Of a stretch of 64,000 bases of DNA, positions 1-12,781 are shown piece by piece (positions within the stretch are counted from its first letter, which is position 1; each line of letters begins with the position of its first letter). The notes beneath the pieces are model-generated. The model was not told the origin of the DNA, did no database searches, and worked only from the letters and a program-made list of their open reading frames with translations. Origin of the DNA: Amphiscolops sp. MND2022 (lineage: Eukaryota); assembly GCA_964187785.1 (NCBI GenBank), contig OZ076413.1, positions 45,324,001 to 45,388,000 on the forward strand. The letters run 5' to 3'. The position numbers were made by a program, and so were the translations under genes.

Positions 1-1122
1 TAGCATTGATAAACTCAATTAATAATAGTTGAAATAATGAACTTCTTTGCGGTTCTGGGATCGTTTGAGATAACAATGTTTTTATGGGACGTATGACAAG
101 AAGCTGAAGGAATTTTAGGTTACTTTTTACTCGTTAGTTTTGCTGTTGTTTTTAGATGAAATTGACCAGAAGTATTTTTCATTGTTTTTGCAGGTTATTT
201 TCTCCTTCTGCAACTGTCGCCTCTACAATGATGTCCCCTCCCTTTTTTGCTCTATATATATATAAAAGCTTAAATAAGAGTACGTTGTCTTACTACAACA
301 CTAAACACTATTTTTTGGTCCCCCTAGGGGGACTGTTCTAATGTCGAGGAGACTCCTCAGTTTGGAGTTCCGATGCGACGTGCCGGCACACTCAACGTCC
401 GGACACGTCCCACAAGCACGTTAAAACGTTGGCTAAGGTTTATGCGACTTCCTACACTAGTTGAAAAAATTCACATCTTTTGCAAAATTCTTACAAAAAC
501 TCTTGTAAGAAAATGCATTATTTGACACTAACTCTTACAAGATACTTGCAAAATTTGCGAATTTCAGCTGAAAATGGTACAAAAAATGCATAAATTTTAC
601 AAAACACTACAAAATTTACATCACTCGACCCTAATTCAATTTTAAAATAATGCTTCGATAGCATTGTGAATACGTCTACGTCCTTCACAGGAAGGACGTA
701 TCGACCAGTATTCTGAGAATTTAGAAGCGTAGTACGATGCATTTGGTTCGCAACAGTAATCGCTTCAGAATTTTCACTGCTTGGAGCTGCGGACTTATAG
801 TTTTCAGACTAACATTTCCGATGTGGTTTTTTCAGTTTTCTCGCTCGTTTCCAGCATTCAGTGGGTCGCTTGAGATGATTTTTGATGCAGAGTCACCCAT
901 TGAGTCGTAGTTTAAGGTGCTCTACAGATAAGGGTGTTTTGGTTTTGCATTGGTATAAATTATTGCATTATTGTTTTAAGGTGGGTTACCGGATTACGTT
1001 ATAGTAACTTTTTGGGTAAAATTGCATGTATATTTTTTTGGTCAAAATTAACCATTTTGACCCTTTTACTGGAACCCTGGGGCAGTCTGTGCATTGTAAA
1101 CGGTAAATGTGGCTGTTGTTGC

Positions 1123-1144
1123 GTGTGTGTGTGTGTGTGTGTGT
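1123..1144 (-). repeat. (CA)11 microsatellite forming the LINE 3' tail
   Basis: (GT)11 on the + strand, 5 nt past the ORF stop and abutting the TSD. Confidence 0.9.
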
Positions 1145-1149
1145 GGAAT

Positions 1150-4100
1150 TTAGTTAGCGCCCAAAAGTGTTCTTTTGGCAAGCGCTATCGACAAGGCGGG
1201 CTCTTCAGACAGGAGTTCTAGGCGGGGTTCTGTTGTGCCGAAAAGTTCTTGGCGGCGCGCTGCTGTAGATTGGCAGTTCATCCAGTGCTCCAAAGTTTGT
1301 GGCTCATCTTGACATTTGGGGCAGTTGGGATCTACGTTTTCATTCATGAGGTGGGAATAGGCTTTCAAATGGCGGCAGTGTCCAGCTCTTAATTGTGCAA
1401 GCAAGGTGTCTATTTGTTCTTCATCTCTTTTTTCCGAGTATCCAGCGTAGGTCCGTTTTGTTCAGTGGTGCGACGGAGCGGGATCCCTGAAGGACCGTTT
1501 GATACATGATAGGGCGGCTTTCAGGCTGGTACTTTCGGGTTGTTCTGCTGTGAGTTTAGAACCGTTTTTTGCTTCTTCGTCAGCTATTTCATTTCCCTTC
1601 AGCTCGGAGTGTCCTGGTACCCACTGGACCCAGATCGTTTTTTCGCTTCTGTCCAAAACTTTCCTCAGTTCTTCGGTATCTCGGGTTTGTGAGTTCAGGG
1701 CTGTGCAGAGGGATTGGCTGTCTGTGCAAATGAGTATTTCTTCATCGTAGGGGTGGTGTTTTTCCAGGATTTCTAGGCACGACAGGAGGGCTGCCTTTTC
1801 TTCGTCGTAGGATGAAGTGATGATCCTGCCTCTTTTCCTGATTATCCTGATAACTTCTGGGTTGGAGGCACTACCTCTGGTGAAAATGGCTGCGTACCCT
1901 CCGTCTGTTGTGCCGGCAATGGCTGATCCATCTGTGTAGATAGTTAAGTTGCAATTGAACGAGTCAAGGTGAGATATAACTTCGTTTAGAGTTACGTCTT
2001 TGTTTCGCCCGTTGACTGTGACGTTGGTGTGCCAATTGCTGGAGCTCAGCCATGGCGGGTGGTTCACTTGCACTGTTTGTCTTGGGTTCAGTATGGCTGT
2101 TGGAAGGGTTTTGTTGAGTTCCTCTGATTGCCTTCGCCAGCTGCTTCTTTTAAGTCTGTTTGGTGCTGGCCTGTACAGAATTTGGGTGCGTGGATGATCA
2201 GGTGGGTTTCTTGATGCTTTTTGGTATGATGAAGCTATGAGTCGGTTGCTGTGAGTGCGGTAGCTACTTATGCCACTTTCTATCTGCAGTGCCTCGATTG
2301 CAGTGGAGCTGCACTGTCCAGTTATGGCGCGGAGAGCTTTGTTCTGTGACCGCTCCAGTTTATCGAATTGTGTTTGACTCAGGTTAGGTTGCCATGCTGG
2401 TGCTGCGTAATCTAGGACACTTCTCTGGGTGGCAATGTGTATTTTCCGAAGTGTCTTTTTCTGCCAACCCCAGTCACGGGTTGCTACAGCGCGTATTAAG
2501 TTCGTGCGTTTGGATACCTTTTGGGAGATTTCCTCAGCGTGGGGTGCGAAGGTGAGACCCCTGTCCATTTTAATCCCTAGGAACTTTGGAGTGGGGTTGA
2601 AGGGCATGACCTCATCGTTCAGTCTCAATGTAGGTTTCCATCTGGCTTCAGTGGTCCCGGAGGCAAAGAAGGTGACTTCGCATTTTGTTTGATTTAGGCT
2701 GAGCTTGAATTTTCTGCTCCATTCTGCCACGTGATCGATGGCTTTCTGGACTCTCTCTACGGCTTTCTCTTTGTTGTTGTCACATGACCATACTGAGAGG
2801 TCATCTACGAAAAGGGCGTGTTCCGCGGGTAGGTTTTTCGTTACTTCGTCAATAAAAAGGAGAAACAGAAGGGGGGCTAGCACAGATCCTTGGGGAACGC
2901 CCTGTTTTATTTTGTGACTTCTACTCATTGCTGAACCATATAACACTCTGGCTTGGCGGTTATTCAAGAAAGCGGCAATCCATCTGATGAATTTTGCTGG
3001 GATTCCTTTCTCTGATAGTATGATCAGTAGTCTCTCTCTCCATACTGTATCAAAGGCTTTTGAATAATCGAAGAGAGCCATGACTGTTCTCTTTGGCTTT
3101 TTTTCTTGAAAACCATCGTCAATGGCTTGGGTCAGACGTGTTATTAGGTCTTCGCAGCATCGGTTTTTCCTGCCTCCGCACTGTGCATTGCTCAAGAGTC
3201 CGTTTGTTTCGACGATGTGGATGAGTCTGGTGGCAATCATTCTCTCCAATAATTTGACTAAGCATGAAGTGAGGCTGATAGGTCTGTATGAGGAAATTTC
3301 AGATGCTGGTTTGCCCGTTTTTAGCAGGGGAATGATTGTGGCATTCTTCCATTCTTGTGGGCATACTCCTTGGTCCCAGGAAAGGTTGAACAGCGCTAAC
3401 AGTTCTTCTCTTGCTTTCGGGCCAAAGGCTTTTATGAACGCGGGTGTTATTTCGTCGGGACCAGCTGCTCCATTTTTCCTCATGCTTCTGATCGCTTTGT
3501 TGAGTTCACTGGCTGAGAAGCTTTGTGTGCTGCTGTTGTCTACCGATGGGGCGTTCACGATCTTTTTTGAGAGTCTGTTTTCGTTGCGTTCTTCCTTGTT
3601 AAAGGTCAATTTGCTCTGACGGGCATAATAAGCTGCGAAGGCGTCCGCTTTTTTGATGTTGCTGTGGAGGACGCGTTTGTTGACTGTCAGGGCCTCGTTT
3701 GGTTGTGAAGGTGGTGTTGTGTTGCCGATAGAATGGAAGACACGCCAAAGCTTGCTGGGGTCAGTGCTGAACTCCGTTTCTTCAATAAAAGATCTCCAGC
3801 TGCGTTGTCTTTCCGTCTCAATTTCTTGACGTACCTTTTTGCATGTTTCAATCCATTCTTGGCGGTGCGTGCGTACCATCCTTCTTAGCTTGTTCCGCTG
3901 TTTGATTAGAGTTTTGATAGCCGGAGTTAAGTAGCTCTTTGTTTTCTTGCCTGGTTTTGTTCGGGGGACCGTTTGTTTTGCTGCGCTGATGACCGCCTCT
4001 TGGAAGTTCTTGATTCTCTTGATGGTGTTGTTTTCTGTACTATCTACCTTTTCTTCTAACAGTTCGCTAAAGGCAGATAGGTCAGCGTTTTTCTTCCATC

Positions 4101-5677
4101 TCGGTTGTCTCTCAAGGGGCTTCATTTTTTTGCATTTACAGAGGAGTGTGGTTGTTGACGGCAAGTGGTCTGAGCCACCTATGTCTTCGTTTGTGGTCCA
4201 CTGTATCCTGTTCAACCACTGCGATGGCGCCAGGAAGACGTCTGGCGTGCTCTCATTGCCGGTGGCTCGGTTGATTCTGGTTGCTGAGCCATCGTTGGCG
4301 CAGTATAAGTTGCTGTCCGATAGCCACTCTTCTATCCGTTCTCCTCTGCTATCTGGAGGTTGCTTTGGGTCCCACAAGGCTGAATGGCCATTCATATCAC
4401 CAGCGATGAAACAGGATCTTGATGCTGGGATTTGATCCGTGTAGATGACTTCTTCACCATTGTCGCGGTTTGGGGCCATGTAGACGTTGCTAATTGTGAG
4501 CCATTTTCTCTTGTCAATTCGGACTCTGAAGGAGATTGACTCAACAATACCAACAGTTTGTTTTCCCTTCGGTATCTCCGAGTATGGGATGCTGTGCTTG
4601 ATTAAGCAGAGTAGTCCACCGCCATCCCCTTCTCTATCGTACCTAATGGGAGCGTAGCCTTCGAAAGTGGGCGTTTTGTTCTTTTGCTTGTACTTTGTTT
4701 CTTGAATCAGTGCTATATCGATTTGTTCTTTTTTCAGCCTCTCGTTAAGCTCAGGCCATTTAGTAGACAAGCCGTCAGCGTTCCATTGGAGGATCTTTAA
4801 TGAGCTTTTGACTTCTCCTTGGAAAGGTTGACTTGATTCGATGGCATCATCCAAGGTTGAGGTTGTGGATGAAACGGGGGCTGGAGGTGATGAGCACTTG
4901 TCGCACTTCCATTCTTGTAGGCAGCAGAGGATTTCGATCTCGTCCCTGGTGTGACCCGACCTTGTGAGGCAAGACTTGTGGAAGGCGCCATCGCAGGAGG
5001 AGCATACCAGAGGGGCTGTATTTTTTGCAATGGTCCTCTTGCATATGCTGCAGCTAGTGCGAACTTTTTTAGTTTCTGTTCGTCGCTGCAGTGAGGCAAC
5101 CGTTCTCCCTGCGATTGTGAGTTTTGCGCTGGTTGAATGGGTTGGGCACATCCACTGTTCTTTACTGTATCTGCTGATTGTGCTGCAGTCTTGTTTCTTG
5201 TGGCAAGTTTGTTTGCAACTTTTGGCAGTGCATTGAAGGGCCGGCGTGCCTACTCTCAGGGGTTCGTTGCAGACTGAGCATTTGTCCCCTCTTTTCGATA
5301 GGTACGTTGGGTCCGGGTCCTCCGGGTGTTCTCCATGTGCGTGGCATGTCCATTCTTGTGACCTGCTGTACCGCGAGAGACCACTGCATTTTTGTTGCTT
5401 GTGCGTGATGTTTCTGCAGAGCTTGCACTTGAAGTGTGGACGGTCTTCGCCAATTGGTTTTTTTACATTTGTGGCACTCTGGGCCAGGGTTTAGTTCAAT
5501 GTCTCCGGCCAGTACTAATAAGAGGGGAGCGTAGGCCGGTTTGGCACTCCCCTTCTTCAAAAACCCCGTTTGGTGCCAGTGTGAAGGTGAGCCTTGTCGA
5601 TTTCCACTGCTTGGCGTGTTCGTCTCCTTTTTGGGGAGTCTCTTGGTCGCCACGTTGAGGCCACGCCATTTGACCAA
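1150..5677 (-). pseudogene. LINE polyprotein (2A-like peptide, 3 PHD-like fingers, APE, RT, RNase H, Zn knuckle) with two lesions
   Basis: ORF pieces 5162-5677, 1462-5151 and 1150-1404. Removing one A from the A7 run at 5458-5464 joins the 2A segment to the main frame. The TGA at 1462-1464 is in frame with the 1150-1404 piece. Confidence 0.85.
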
Positions 5678-5679
5678 GG
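5612..5679 (-). ncRNA. HDV-like self-cleaving ribozyme at the LINE 5' end
   Basis: Minus strand reads CCTTGGTC-AAA-TGGCGTG-GCC-TCAACGT-GGC-GACCAAG-AGA-CTCC-CCAAAAA-GGAG-ACGAA-CACGCCA. P1 CTTGGTC/GACCAAG, P2 TGGCGTG/CACGCCA, P3 GCC/GGC, P4 CTCC/GGAG, CGAA junction. The core CCTCAACGTGG matches my recollection of the L1Tc/ingi ribozyme. Confidence 0.85.
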
Positions 5680-8312
5680 CTGTTGTTGCTGGTAATTATT
5701 GAATTTTTGGTCAAAATAACATCGAATTTTTTGTTAAAAAATTCTTACGAATAGATGCAAATTTTGTTAAAATGTCATCAGATTCTTGTAAGAGATGTTC
5801 AACATTTGATAAAGTTGCAGACTTTGCAATTTTTGTACAAACTTGTAAGATTCTTCTAAAAAATGCATCATTGGGAAGAATTTAGGCAGAATTTTGCAAA
5901 ATTTGTGATTTCCGAAAACTAGGGTACATACTTCCGAGGTCCGAGACAGGTGTTCTGGTAAAGTACAATTTGTTTGCGGAATAAATCTAAAACCTCTGAA
6001 AATCTGCACTGGCAACATGAAATAACTATAAACGGTGCACCGTGAATCGAAATTCAGCGAATTTCGTGCTTTGGGCATAACCGGTATAAAAGTTGTAAGT
6101 CTACTTTTTGGTTTTTAACTGGAATAAAAGTTGCAAGTCTACTTTTTGGTTTTTCCGCTTTCTTCTGGGGGAATTCCTTTTACGAGACGTACTTGTTCGA
6201 TACACTGTCACGGACGACGTGTAGAGTTCTCTTCTGGGGTTTTTCTGCACACTTCTTCTCGATCTGGTATGGGGTATCTTTTACCCTTTTTTCGTCTTCC
6301 TTTTTGATTTTCGGTACCTGCTAGGTCGGCCATTATGATTTTGTACATTTTTTGATATCGCACATTTCAAAATTTTCAAAGAATTTTTGTAAGTCAGCTG
6401 CCTCCTATATACCCCCTACTGAATGCGACTGGAGGTGTGATAATTCTTCTCCACCAGGTACTCTCAGGTAGGGGTGAAAATGCTAAATTTGGTATTAGCT
6501 AAGAGATTTTATATACATTCTGTGTCTACAATTGTGTTCAATTAGATGTGGATCAGTTCAACTCGAACCTTAGAGAGGCGCTTTGCATTGGGGCGCTTTT
6601 GACTGGGGTGCGTATGACTCATACAGTGCAGTCGGACTGTATCGAATGGGAGCTTTGACTGTTTTTTGTCTGGCGCGCCTTTGTCTGCAAACTGACTCAG
6701 GAAGTGACCTTACTTTATCTAGTTTTGTAATCTGTTGCATGTATACGCAACCTAGTATATATCCATTATTGTGATTCCTGAAACATTCTTTTGTCAACTT
6801 TCTCCTTTTGTTGGCCACTTCTAAATCGAGAGGACACCAGTTCGAAAGGTCAATTACAAAATACCCAGCATGTATTCCAAACTTGTGATTCGAAATGCCA
6901 TTTTATTTTCGAGAATGAGAATCAGAGGCTTAGTCCTATTTTGTAAAGTCTTGATATGTTGAAAAATTAGAAACGTCCTCTTGCGAACTAAAAATCATGT
7001 TGAAAATTCGAGATGCTATTTTTCCTCGCATATAGATTGAAAAAAAATCTAAGAATTCTCACTGTTTAATTTCTGATTTTTTTGAAATTATTTTCTGTTT
7101 TAAAAGTGATTGAAAACTAATAAGGAAACGAGAAAGTCCCGAGTGGCCGCCCCTCTTGACGCTCAAAAGGCTCTACGTCTCTAAAATGCTCAAAAGACTT
7201 TCATGAAACTATCATTGCTTCCAGGGTACCAGAAAAAATAAAAAGGCGTCATTAGAGCTCGAAAAACTTTCTTTCACTGAAACCTGGGGTGAAGACGGGT
7301 ACCTAAGAATAGCAAAGACAAGAGACGACTAATGGGAAGGCCCAATTCACAGAGTTTTAGTTTTTCAAGAGGGTTTGCAAAATATTTCGTTAAAAAATGA
7401 CAGAGGAAGACGGATGTATAAAAACTGAATGATGAAAACCCAATTCGTGAGTGTGATTATTTCACTGATTGTGAAAGGAATAACTTGGATGAGCATAATA
7501 ATCTTATACCTTGTAATAGGTAACAGTTTGATGAAGTTACTGAATCTTTACTTCGAGCCAATTCAAGTTTGAACCTGCTTCACTTTTCATTGAGCTAATT
7601 CTGTAAAGAATTTTTGTAATCTTTTCTTTGCTCATTGAAATAGAGGTCAACGCATCATCATCGCAAGAACCTTGAAGGTTCCGACAATACAAGTGAATAC
7701 GAAAAAGCACACCAGAACTTCGTTCTTAATAAACCTTGAAATTGAAGAGAACTAAAGTTGTTGACTTATGATTCAATCCACTAGAAACAACCTCTATTCT
7801 AAAACGAAGAAGACGAGAACATCAAAAAGTTGACTCATCGCTGAAGGCCAAGTGGCAAAGTCTGTTCAAAAAGTGGACCATTAGATCTGTGAGGTGACTA
7901 AAGAAGAAGGAATTTTGAAAAAAATAATCGAACGAAGAAATTGCACGCTGCTGAAAAAACCATTGGGACCCTTTGCACTTTTTTCGTTTCGTAGGTTATG
8001 TGAAAAGAAGGAAAATTTAAAAAGAGGACCATTTAGCACCTTTTCGTACACTTTAGTGCTTAGGCTAAAATATTACAAAAAGTGGACCTTTCAGAGTGGA
8101 AAAGCAATTCATGAAAAGTTTCCATTGGTAAAGTTGTGCACTTTGTCTCAAAAAATACTAGGAAGAGGTCATTTTTGGTTTTTCTCGAAACTTCTCGTTC
8201 GATCCCGGAAAACGCACTGCTCATGACGAAACTCATAGAAAGAGACGACTATAGTACTGGCTTTTTTATTAGACCAACGAAGTGACAGTTTTTATAAGCT
8301 TTATAAGCTCTA

Positions 8313-8592
8313 ACGTATACCGGATATAACGTTCCTTGGAGCATTTTTCAAAGCTCTAAAAAGTGCTAAGAGTCCCCTTCTACAATAACACAACACATAC
8401 CGGATTTAACGCAAACCGGATATAAGGAAATCCGGGTATAACGTATACCGGATGTAACGTTTTTTGGAGAATTTTTCAAAGCTGTAAAAGTGCTAAGTAA
8501 AAAGTTTCTCATATAACATCTAACGCGTACTTAAATTCGGATAAAAGGTTTTCATGTTTGGATGTAACGTTTTCAAAGTTCGAATATAACGT
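8313..8592. repeat. Cluster of short degenerate CCGGATATAACG repeats, probable MITE/DNA transposon remnant
   Basis: About 8 variants (ccggatataacg, ccggatttaacg, ccggatataagg, ccgggtataacg, ccggatgtaacg, etc.), plus a larger unit repeated at ~8313-8370 and ~8438-8497. Confidence 0.6.
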
Positions 8593-10867
8593 TTTCTTTT
8601 CTCCTATAATGTTAACGATTTTTCCCCAAAGTTTCACATAATTTGCGTCCAATGTGAAGCTTTAGGTTTAGGTTTTCAGTACTATAACACTTTTTTGTAT
8701 TTTCGAAAAAATCTTTATTCAACAAGCGATATTAAAACCACGTCCCCCAGGTACACTTTTATGCCTTGAGCGAGGCATCGACTAGGACCGTTCCCGGCTT
8801 GTTTATTTTTCGTTTGAAATGTTTTATGAATCCACCATTTTGAAAAAACAACGATACCGAAACTAGTTTCAGTTGTAACTCTTTAAATGTGTGTGTTTGC
8901 TGCAAAATAACTATTCTCCGACTAACCATGCTAAAAAAATTCCAACCTTCATGAAATGAATCAAGTTTCTTCACGGTGGTAATTTTGAATTGCTCCAAAA
9001 CTTGTAGAAATCCTACTCATATATATTTTTTAATTACAAATTGACTTCTAACCAACTGATCAGATCACAATTTGTTCATGAAATTGTTCATGCTAATACA
9101 ATATTGAAAAATTAGTGATTCTAGATAGTTTTCACTGCAAGGACTAGGTTTTGATCTAGTTTTTGTTTTTTCTCGAAGATTAACGGTATGCCATCTTGGT
9201 TGCACAAAATTAGGTCGCTTTGGTAGCTGTTGAAACATTTGTCGTGGGCACATCAGAACAAAAGAAGATTCGATCCAAGAAGACGCAGAGAACATATCTA
9301 GATCTTTGCTAAGTAACAAAGTGACTACCGACATTATGAAGTAGCGCAGTGGCACTGCCATATTTCCTGTATACGGTGTAAACAGACACTTTTGGGGAAC
9401 AATCAGGTACCTACAAACTCAATTGTTCGAAAATGACACCGGAAAATTGTCAACTCAAATTCCTTTAAAAATCTGAAAACTAAACTTTAGTTCGAGCATT
9501 TATGTCTGTATGTTTCCAAAAGACAAAAGTCTGGTTTTAGAACCACTCCACTGTTTATCCTTTGCAAAACCTAATCCGGAAAAAAACTAAATGATTTTGA
9601 TATACAGAAACAAATAAATTATCCAAGGATGGCTTTTCTTTGTGAAGACGGCAATTTCTCAACTGAAAAAAAAAATCAAAAGAATCGACGTTTAGAGAAA
9701 TTTAGAAAGGAAAACGCGTTTCGTCATCTAAAAACTGGAGGAGCTAACAACTAGTGAAAATATAGGTATTTCGTGGAAAATCGACTGAACAAAGATTTTT
9801 TCGAAGACTTGTGCTCAAAAACAATTAAGAAAAATCTCCCAAGTCTCACTGTACCAAGAAAACCAAAGAGGTCATCCTCGAGACTCGGAGAACGGCGTTT
9901 CCCTGAAAGAAGCCAATTTTTGTCAGAGAAAGTTAATGCCGAACAATTCTCCGGTAACTCCCAAAAACTCTAAGGAGGGCCTCTATGCTCGCAAAACTCT
10001 TTTCCATCTTTGAAAGGAAAACGCGTGAAACCCCTGGTTGAAAATAAATACAATTCTTGCAAGATTCGTGTTTTTCTTCAGCTAGGGGCCCCTTCGGGAA
10101 AACAAAACATTTGGAACAACGTTGCACAGTGCCCAAACAAAGCAAAATAACCTTTCGTTCACCTTCGCAATAGAAAACTTTAGTCTAGTACGGGACTCAA
10201 ATCCACGTACTCCTGCTTCCCAGGCTCCTTGACCAGGTAAAAAAAACCCGTTTAACCACCAAGCCAAGTGGAAAATTTTCTCTAACGTACTATTAGCATC
10301 TAGTAGCAATTACCAAAAACTTTTGGGGGAAAAGTTATGAAACAATTTCCCGTGGTAAAACCAAGATTTGTTGTTTTTGAAGAAAAAGGCTTTGGTCCAA
10401 GGAAAGCTTATCAAACCTGTTTTTCTTGAACTGAACCTCGAAGTAAAAATTTTATGCGTGTGTCTTGGCCTATATTTAAACAGCGGTCTTAATCTTTGGT
10501 GAAATGATTACCGAATTGCTTGCATACTTATTTTTTGTGCTTTGATTTATTGAAATCTTTAGAAAAACGTCAAAGGACATCTGATGTTTTGTAGTTCCTT
10601 TGCAAATTTTGGTAAAGCGTATGGGCTTCAAAACTAACGGACTGCATTGGGCACCAATCAAAAACAACTAAAAACATAACTTATTGTCAAATTTTGACAT
10701 CCAAAACTGTTTTTGAGTTCTTCATTGTTGAAATTTCAGGCCGAGTTGTCCGACAAAAACTATTGATAAACATCAAAAACACCATTTGAGTTGTTGGCAT
10801 TCACTTTATTGCACGTTGACATGAAAACAAGTGAAATTCCGACATTCAATTAATGAATCTTTCCAAA

Positions 10868-10989
10868 CAAGACGCCCGCTAAGCACCGAGATATTTTACG
10901 CTATAAAAAATGTAACGCTCCAGCCCGGGTTCGAACCCATAACCTCGTGCCTGGCAGGCAGACGCACTAGCAACTGTGCCACAGTGACT
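10868..10989 (-). mobile_element. tRNA-derived SINE (tRNA-Gly(GCC)-like head)
   Basis: A box TGGCACAGTTG, B box GGTTCGAACCC and anticodon-like arm TGC-CTGCCAG-GCA, but the acceptor stem does not pair. The downstream end acaagacgcccgct recurs at ~37858. Confidence 0.65.
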
Positions 10990-12092
10990 AGTTTACTGTT
11001 TTACTGAATGGACTAACTAAAAGTGGAGATTTGGCAGAATTGGTAAAGAAACGCAACACAGATCATGATTTTCCTCCCCCATTTATGTGGGCGGAAAATA
11101 AAAATCTTCCAAAGTCGGCAACGTCCAGCAATAACAGCAAGTCTCCTCATTTTAAGCTCCGTGTCAAAATGCTGGTACCCTCAAAGACCAGACACGTCCA
11201 ACAAGCACGTAAAAACGGTTTTCTAGGTAAATCTGAGACTTCCTACCAACTCCCAAGGTCCAAAAATTGCAGTTACCTAGAGGACATTTTATTTGTCATT
11301 TATGATGAAAATACAGAATCTGGTAGACCACACATTTCCAAATAGTACGAAGAATAGGACTGAAAAATAGCAGAAACATACAGAGTTCTATCGAGGGAAA
11401 CATCGAATCAAGGCGTCAGCGAGTCCTTGATCTGTGGAACAGTCTATGAGAGGTATTGAGTATGGCAAACGATTGTGCCCGCATTTTTAGGGTGAATTCA
11501 CTTATTTCATTGTTTTTTGGATCTTTTCTGGTTGTCAACATACGTCGGCAAAACATTGAAACAAGGTCTCCTGAGGTCTGAAAAGGCAAAGAGCCGAAGT
11601 ACATTTTATTGACAAAACTAGGTGATAACATAAGATATAATAGATCAAACATTTACAAATACCTGTAATAATGAGTGATATTCAACAATTTTGGCTAAAA
11701 ACATAATGAAAGCCTCGTTGAGACTTCGACATGCGAAATATTGCATACACTGTATAAAATATAATAAAGCAAATATAATATCTGAGTTTCACGACGAAAT
11801 TGTGTGGCATCCGCATCTTCTGGGTGCAGACGGTTCATACTGCAAGTTTGATAGCCCTGATCTTTTCAGGTCTTTCTAGCGTTTTTCCAGGGTTTCAAGG
11901 TATTTTCGTGCGTGTGTGTCAAGGCGGTCATTTTTTGTGCTGTAATTCGAACGTGCAATTTTGGTGAGGTTCGGCCACAATGCTACATTCGCTCAGTAAA
12001 AGGAGATTATTTGGAAGTAAGAGTCTCGTTTGCTCAATAGTAATCAAAGCTAAATATTTTCGTATGAAGTTTACTACATGTAGTTTTCCCTG

Positions 12093-12518
12093 TGTCTATA
12101 GATCGCTTCAAAAAGTTCGCGAGACTAGGTACCATTCATTTAATTAGCGATGCTATTATATCAATTTCTGCAACCATGCGAGGCAAACACACATCTGACG
12201 ACCTTTCAAAATCGATATACCGTTTTAACGATGCAAACCCGGATTATGCAAACTCAGCAATTGCTCGGATTTTCTCGATTTCCGAGTCAACACTTACAGG
12301 AATCCTGAAGCGACGTTTGGGCGGTCTGACAGACAGAAAAAAGTCAAATTGGGTCAAATACCCCACCCCACACTGAAAGAATCACGAAGCAATGGCTTGC
12401 GCAGAACGGTATTCCTGTTCTGGATTGGTCCCCATATTCTCCAGATTTGAACGTGATTTGAACGTCCCTATCGAACACGTGTGAGGACTCGCGAACTTTT
12501 TGAAATGATCTATAGACA
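12093..12518 (+). mobile_element. Internally deleted Tc1/mariner-like element
   Basis: ~31-bp imperfect inverted repeats (tgtctatagatcgcttcaaaaagttcgcgag / ctcgcgaactttttgaaatgatctatagaca). Internal HTH-like peptide (MRGKHTSDDL...AIARIFSISESTL) and, in another frame, the Tc1 motif LDWSPYSPDLNVI. Confidence 0.75.
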
Positions 12519-12569
12519 TCTAAGTTACCATACCTTTTCTCTACCTTTTGATACACTAATGCATTTGCA

Positions 12570-12781
12570 TACCATGAGTGTTGACAAATGTTTTTTTCTC
12601 ACTTGAAACACACTGCGTCTAAATTTTCGGTTCACGCTCTTGTTTTGGAAAGAGGTTGGACTTGTGAAGAATGACAAATTGAAATGCTTTTTAAAAAACC
12701 AAGGCTATTGAAAAAATGCTTGTTTGATTGTAACAAGTTTGAATGGCACTAATTTAATGAAACTCAAATGAGCCACTGAAT
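12570..12781 (+). repeat. Left copy of ~212-bp direct repeat flanking Gypsy element A
   Basis: Matches 31207-31421 except for the length of a poly-T run (7 vs 10). Confidence 0.93.

Larger units (their letters stand above)
1123..5679 (-). mobile_element. Full-length Ingi-type (I-group) non-LTR retrotransposon
   Basis: Single long ORF with APE (LQWNADG, IQETK, GDMNGH, SDH), RT (GVPQGSVL, FVDD), RNase H (YTDGS, TDSQS, WVPGHS...GNEIAD) and a C-terminal CPKC...H...C knuckle. (CA)11 3' tail, 5' HDV-like fold, and direct repeat GGCTGTTGTTGC at 1111-1122 and 5678-5689. Confidence 0.92.

Noticed and set aside
1499..5658. Plus-strand ORFs overlapping the LINE (and similar shadow ORFs over both gag-pol regions)
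   Set aside because: Antisense shadows of real coding frames with no motifs.
8313..8592. CRISPR-like array
   Set aside because: Repeats are ~12 bp, degenerate and irregularly spaced, in a eukaryotic context with no cas genes.
5700..10860. Short ORFs between the LINE and the SINE
   Set aside because: Low-complexity, with no homology I can recognise; possible small exons cannot be supported.
10915..10989. Functional tRNA-Gly gene
   Set aside because: The acceptor stem does not pair and the downstream body recurs elsewhere, so it is treated as a SINE head.
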